DNA of 64,000 nucleotides from Candidatus Micrarchaeota archaeon (GTDB lineage Archaea; Micrarchaeota; Micrarchaeia; Anstonellales; Bilamarchaeaceae): NCBI GenBank assembly GCA_040754495.1, contig JBFMCO010000022.1, positions 1 to 64,000 of the forward strand, read 5' to 3'. Shown piece by piece: positions 61,049 to 64,000 of this stretch (position 1 is its first letter; each line of letters starts with the position of its first letter). The notes under the pieces were generated by a model. It saw only the letters and a program-made list of their open reading frames with translations, ran no database searches and was not told where the DNA came from. The position numbers and the translations under genes were made by a program.

Positions 61049-61085
61049 GGATGCAGGAAAAAAATAGCGGGGGGTAGATTTGAAC
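61049..61085 (-). repeat. Exact 37-bp duplicate of tRNA-iMet 3' end plus T-rich trailer
   Basis: GGATGCAGGAAAAAAATAGCGGGGGGTAGATTTGAAC identical to 61192-61228. Confidence 0.93.
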
Positions 61086-61150
61086 CCCCAGCCTTTTTAT
61101 AATCGGAATCCTGGCCCCGGAGAAAAAGGCTAGGGTTAACCCAAAAACCA
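61086..61150 (-). mobile_element. Short palindromic non-autonomous element (tRNA-associated hairpin family)
   Basis: Minus strand TTTTTGGGTTAACCCTAGCCTTTTT...AAAAAGGCTGGGG, homologous to 5834-5892. Confidence 0.55.
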
Positions 61151-61158
61151 GTTTCTCG

Positions 61159-61199
61159 GAACCCTGAACCCGAAACGGGAAACCGGAAACAGGATGCAG
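61159..61199. repeat. Degenerate heptamer tandem array
   Basis: GAACCCT GAACCCG AAACGG GAAACCG GAAACAG GATGCAG; similar arrays near 49966, 55100-55172, 55205, 56330, 61005. Confidence 0.75.
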
Positions 61200-61207
61200 G
61201 AAAAAAA

Positions 61208-61312
61208 TAGCGGGGGGTAGATTTGAACTACCGGTCCCTGGGTTATGAGCCCAGTGGGAACTCCAAGCTTCCCATAGGGCAAATTCTAGATGTTAGAATT
61301 TGTTACCCCGCT
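61208..61312 (-). tRNA. Initiator tRNA-Met(CAT) with a 30-nt intron at 9/10 (61274-61303)
   Basis: A1:U72, GGG/CCC in the anticodon stem, 75-nt cloverleaf after removal; strict BHB. Confidence 0.92.
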
Positions 61313-61453
61313 TTGCTTGGAGCACTTTAACCCAGATTGTCCTAACAGAAGTCAGAACGAGAATAATTAGCGGGCTAATGCTTTATAATGGTGATTGAAA
61401 TTCAGGCGCTAGATGAAGTAAAAGAGAAAGAAGGAGAAAAGGGAGGAAGAAAC

Positions 61454-62023
61454 TCACTTCCTCTTTTTCGCCGGCGCGACGGGCCGCGGCGGAGGCTCCT
61501 CCTCTTCCACCGGCTCCTCTTCGGACATCCCGGCCTCTTCCTCCGCAGGCTCTTCCTCCTGCGGCTCCTCTTCCTCAGGCTCGGGCCTCCTCGCTGCGGG
61601 CCTCGGGGACGGGGCTGCCATCCTCTGCGGCGGCGGGGCCTTCTCGGTCTCCATCTTCTTCACGATTTTGTGGACCATCTCGCGCTCCATCTGCTCGCTC
61701 TTGCGCGAGTCGTCCTCGAGCTTGCCCTTGTGGTAGTAGAAGCCGGCCATGAACATGAGGCCCGAGATTACCAGCGGGACCAGCAGGGAACCGAGGTAGA
61801 GCGACGGCAGTATGACTGTCGCGAACTCGTTCTTCAGCTTCGCGAACTCGGATGGAGGAGTGACGCCGCACTGCTGCAGCTTGGTGAAATCGTTCGTGGT
61901 GACGAAATCGACTACTGCTCCGATTATTCCGCTTGCATACGATATTATCACATAGGCCGCGCCCACGATGACCAGGAGGCCCAGCACTACAAACAGATAG
62001 CTTACAACCTTGAATTTACTCAT
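61454..62023 (-). CDS. Two-TM membrane protein with acidic Pro-rich tail
   Basis: Two hydrophobic helices followed by an EEEP-rich disordered C-terminus. Confidence 0.7.
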   Translation of the reverse strand: MSKFKVVSYLFVVLGLLVIVGAAYVIISYASGIIGAVVDFVTTNDFTKLQQCGVTPPSEFAKLKNEFATVILPSLYLGSLLVPLVISGLMFMAGFYYHKGKLEDDSRKSEQMEREMVHKIVKKMETEKAPPPQRMAAPSPRPAARRPEPEEEEPQEEEPAEEEAGMSEEEPVEEEEPPPRPVAPAKKRK

Positions 62024-62044
62024 ATTTACACCCCCTCGATTATA

Positions 62045-62818
62045 TTAGGATAAAGTAAAATAAATCCTCCTGTTGTCCTTCCCCTTGTTGTCGAGACGGA
62101 GTATGGCTATCCTGCCTACCTCCGCAAGGCTCCGCACGTGAGTCCCGCCGTCCGCCTGGACGTCTATGCCGGGAATCTCGACGATGCGAAGCTCGCTTAT
62201 GGATGGCGGCAAAGCGCCTGCAAGCTTCACGACGCCAGGTATCTTCATCGCTTCCGCGCGCGGAAGAGTATAGACCTTGAGCGCTGCGCCGCTTGAGAGC
62301 GCGTCGTTCGCCTTCCGGACGATTTCCTCGAATTGCGGGCGGTCGAACGAAGCGAGGCTGAAGTCGAAGCGCGCCTTGTCCTCCTCGAGCTGATTTCCCG
62401 TAATCAGCACGCCGAGCTCCTTGTACATGGCAGCTCCGAGCACGTGCGCTGCCGTGTGCATGCGCATGAGCTTGTAGCGCCGCTCCCAGTCTATCACGCA
62501 GCGGACATGGTCGCCGGCCCCGAGTTTCCAGTTCCCGGTTTCGTCTTTGGGTTCAGCGTCCAGAAGGTGGACGATTTGGCCGTCTTTCTTGAATACGTCC
62601 ACGACACTGAACACGGAACCGGGAGCGGGCGGCCCTGCGCCGGAGACCGGCTGCCCGCTGCCGGAAACCAGCGCGATGCTGCCCCGGTCGGCAGGCTGGC
62701 CGCCGCCCCTCGGATAGAACACGGTCCTGTCGAGGACGACCTCCTTGCCGCTCACCGACAGGACCTGCGCGGCGCACTCGCGCATGTAGCTGTCATCGAG
62801 ATAAAGGGCCTGGCTCAT
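62045..62818 (-). CDS. alaX: Free-standing alanyl-tRNA editing protein (AlaX-M type)
   Basis: YLDDSY, LDRTVFYPRGGGQPADRG, MRMHTAAH, QADGGTHV. Confidence 0.92.
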   Translation of the reverse strand: MSQALYLDDSYMRECAAQVLSVSGKEVVLDRTVFYPRGGGQPADRGSIALVSGSGQPVSGAGPPAPGSVFSVVDVFKKDGQIVHLLDAEPKDETGNWKLGAGDHVRCVIDWERRYKLMRMHTAAHVLGAAMYKELGVLITGNQLEEDKARFDFSLASFDRPQFEEIVRKANDALSSGAALKVYTLPRAEAMKIPGVVKLAGALPPSISELRIVEIPGIDVQADGGTHVRSLAEVGRIAILRLDNKGKDNRRIYFTLS

Positions 62819-62872
62819 AAAGCTTTTAAATGCAGGAAAACATTAATAGGTTGGGATTAGGAGCTGATTGTC

Positions 62873-63382
62873 ATGGCAGGAAGGGACACGAGGCCGAAAG
62901 AGGAGATTCTGGAGACGCACGCCCAGACGGGCGAGGCGCAGAGGCAGCAGCAGGAGGCTGCGCAGAGGCAGGTCGGGGGGATAGACCTCTCGAGGCTGGT
63001 CGCCGCAAAGCAGCAGGTCCGCGGAGCTGTGACCGAGCAGTCTGCGCACGCGTACCAGGTTGCCTCCACGACAAGAAGGGTGTTCATGGAGGAGGTCGAG
63101 CGCAGCAGGGACATCACCCTGAGGGGCAACGTCCGCGATTCCGAGATGATGAGGATAGCCGCCAACCCGGAAGCCTTCGAGAACTGCAAGGTCCAATACG
63201 GATACAACCAGAGGCAGAGGATATACAGCGTCGCAACCGAGTTCGACGGCAGGCCGAGAATCCTCACGGTGCGCGTCGGGGAGAACTTCATGGAGATGTC
63301 GCTCGCAGACAGGCAGGGCACCGTCCTCGAGACCATGAGGCAGGAAGACGGAAGGGGCATAACATACAGCAGGGCAGGCTGA
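62873..63382 (+). CDS. Hypothetical protein with Q/E-rich N-terminus
   Basis: 169-aa ORF, co-oriented with and adjacent to rpiA. Confidence 0.6.
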   Translation: MAGRDTRPKEEILETHAQTGEAQRQQQEAAQRQVGGIDLSRLVAAKQQVRGAVTEQSAHAYQVASTTRRVFMEEVERSRDITLRGNVRDSEMMRIAANPEAFENCKVQYGYNQRQRIYSVATEFDGRPRILTVRVGENFMEMSLADRQGTVLETMRQEDGRGITYSRAG

Positions 63383-63384
63383 TT

Positions 63385-64000
63385 ATGAGCCAGGCGAAAA
63401 TTAACGCCGCAAGAGCAGCGCTCGGATACGTGAAGGACGGCATGTGCATAGGCCTTGGCAGCGGCACGACAGTCCGGGAGTTCATAAGGCTGCTCGGGGA
63501 AAAGGTCCGCGGCGGCCTGAAGGTGAGCTGCGTGACGACATCGTTCGATTCGCGCATGCTGGCAATCGAGTGCGGCATATTCGTGACCGAGACGGACGCC
63601 ATCGACGAGATAGACCTCACGGTGGACGGGGCCGACAAGGTCACGAAGACCGCCCTCCTCAAGGGAGGCGGGGGGGCGCTGACAAGGGAGAAGATAATCG
63701 GCTACAACGCGAAAAGATTCATAATCATTGCAGACGAGGGCAAGGTCCAGGAGGGGACGCTGGAAGGCGAGGTAAATCTCGAGGTGCTCCCTTTCGCGGC
63801 CCCGCTTGTCATGCGAGCGCTCAAGAGATACAACCCCAGGATACGGATGGCGAAAGCCAAGCTGGGGCCGGTGATAAGCGACAACGGGAGCTTCATAATA
63901 GACTGCGAGATGAAGCTCGACGACCCGAGGAAGACGGAGCAGTGGCTAAAGAGCATCCCGGGCATAGTCGAGAACGGAATCTTCACGAGATTCGACGTCA
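63385..64000 (+). CDS. rpiA: Ribose-5-phosphate isomerase A (runs off the window end; not in the ORF track)
   Basis: Manually translated MSQAKINAARAALGYVKDGMCIGLGSGTT...VDGAD...LKGGGGALTREKII. Confidence 0.95.
   Translation, partial: MSQAKINAARAALGYVKDGMCIGLGSGTTVREFIRLLGEKVRGGLKVSCVTTSFDSRMLAIECGIFVTETDAIDEIDLTVDGADKVTKTALLKGGGGALTREKIIGYNAKRFIIIADEGKVQEGTLEGEVNLEVLPFAAPLVMRALKRYNPRIRMAKAKLGPVISDNGSFIIDCEMKLDDPRKTEQWLKSIPGIVENGIFTRFDV

Noticed and set aside
55098-61228. CRISPR array interpretation of the repeats
   Set aside because: Units are 7-nt tandem or only two copies, with no regular unique spacers and no cas genes

Overview
GC-rich archaeal chromosome segment. PolD large subunit, alpha2-type GlyRS, archaeal AlaRS/AlaX, cupin PGI and BHB-type tRNA introns all point to an archaeon; a DPANN/Micrarchaeota-like host is my inference, not a search result. 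The housekeeping backbone is trkH/trkA, pgi, alaS, cax, glyS, purN, cysS, polC, alaX and rpiA. Three unusual layers sit on it. (1) A ~25-kb accessory locus: a zincin gene, a 109-aa helical gene and a translationally coupled 6,841-aa giant protein. The giant has an alpha-helical N-terminal third, a hydrophobic membrane-insertion block, a GNAT-like domain, three PI3/4-kinase-like repeats, one protein-kinase-like domain, an HExxH zincin and a putative C-terminal ADP-ribosyltransferase. A convergent array of small paralogous genes faces it. This is a candidate multi-enzyme effector-delivery system. (2) All five tRNA genes (Gln, Lys, Met, Ala, iMet) are interrupted by 1-2 introns, most at non-canonical positions. 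Two small repeat families recur at these loci: a TTTTGG-CCTTTT/AAAAGG hairpin element and degenerate heptamer arrays. The hairpin element also sits directly beside duplicated tRNA 3' ends at two loci, one carrying an EVE-nuclease cargo and one empty. The heptamers also occur in frame inside aminoacyl-tRNA-synthetase genes. (3) Homing elements: a free-standing LAGLIDADG gene beside tRNA-Lys, and a PolD intein whose last residue is Arg instead of Asn/Gln. No rRNA, CRISPR array, integrase or transposase was seen. All domain calls come from motifs read by eye; no database searches were run.
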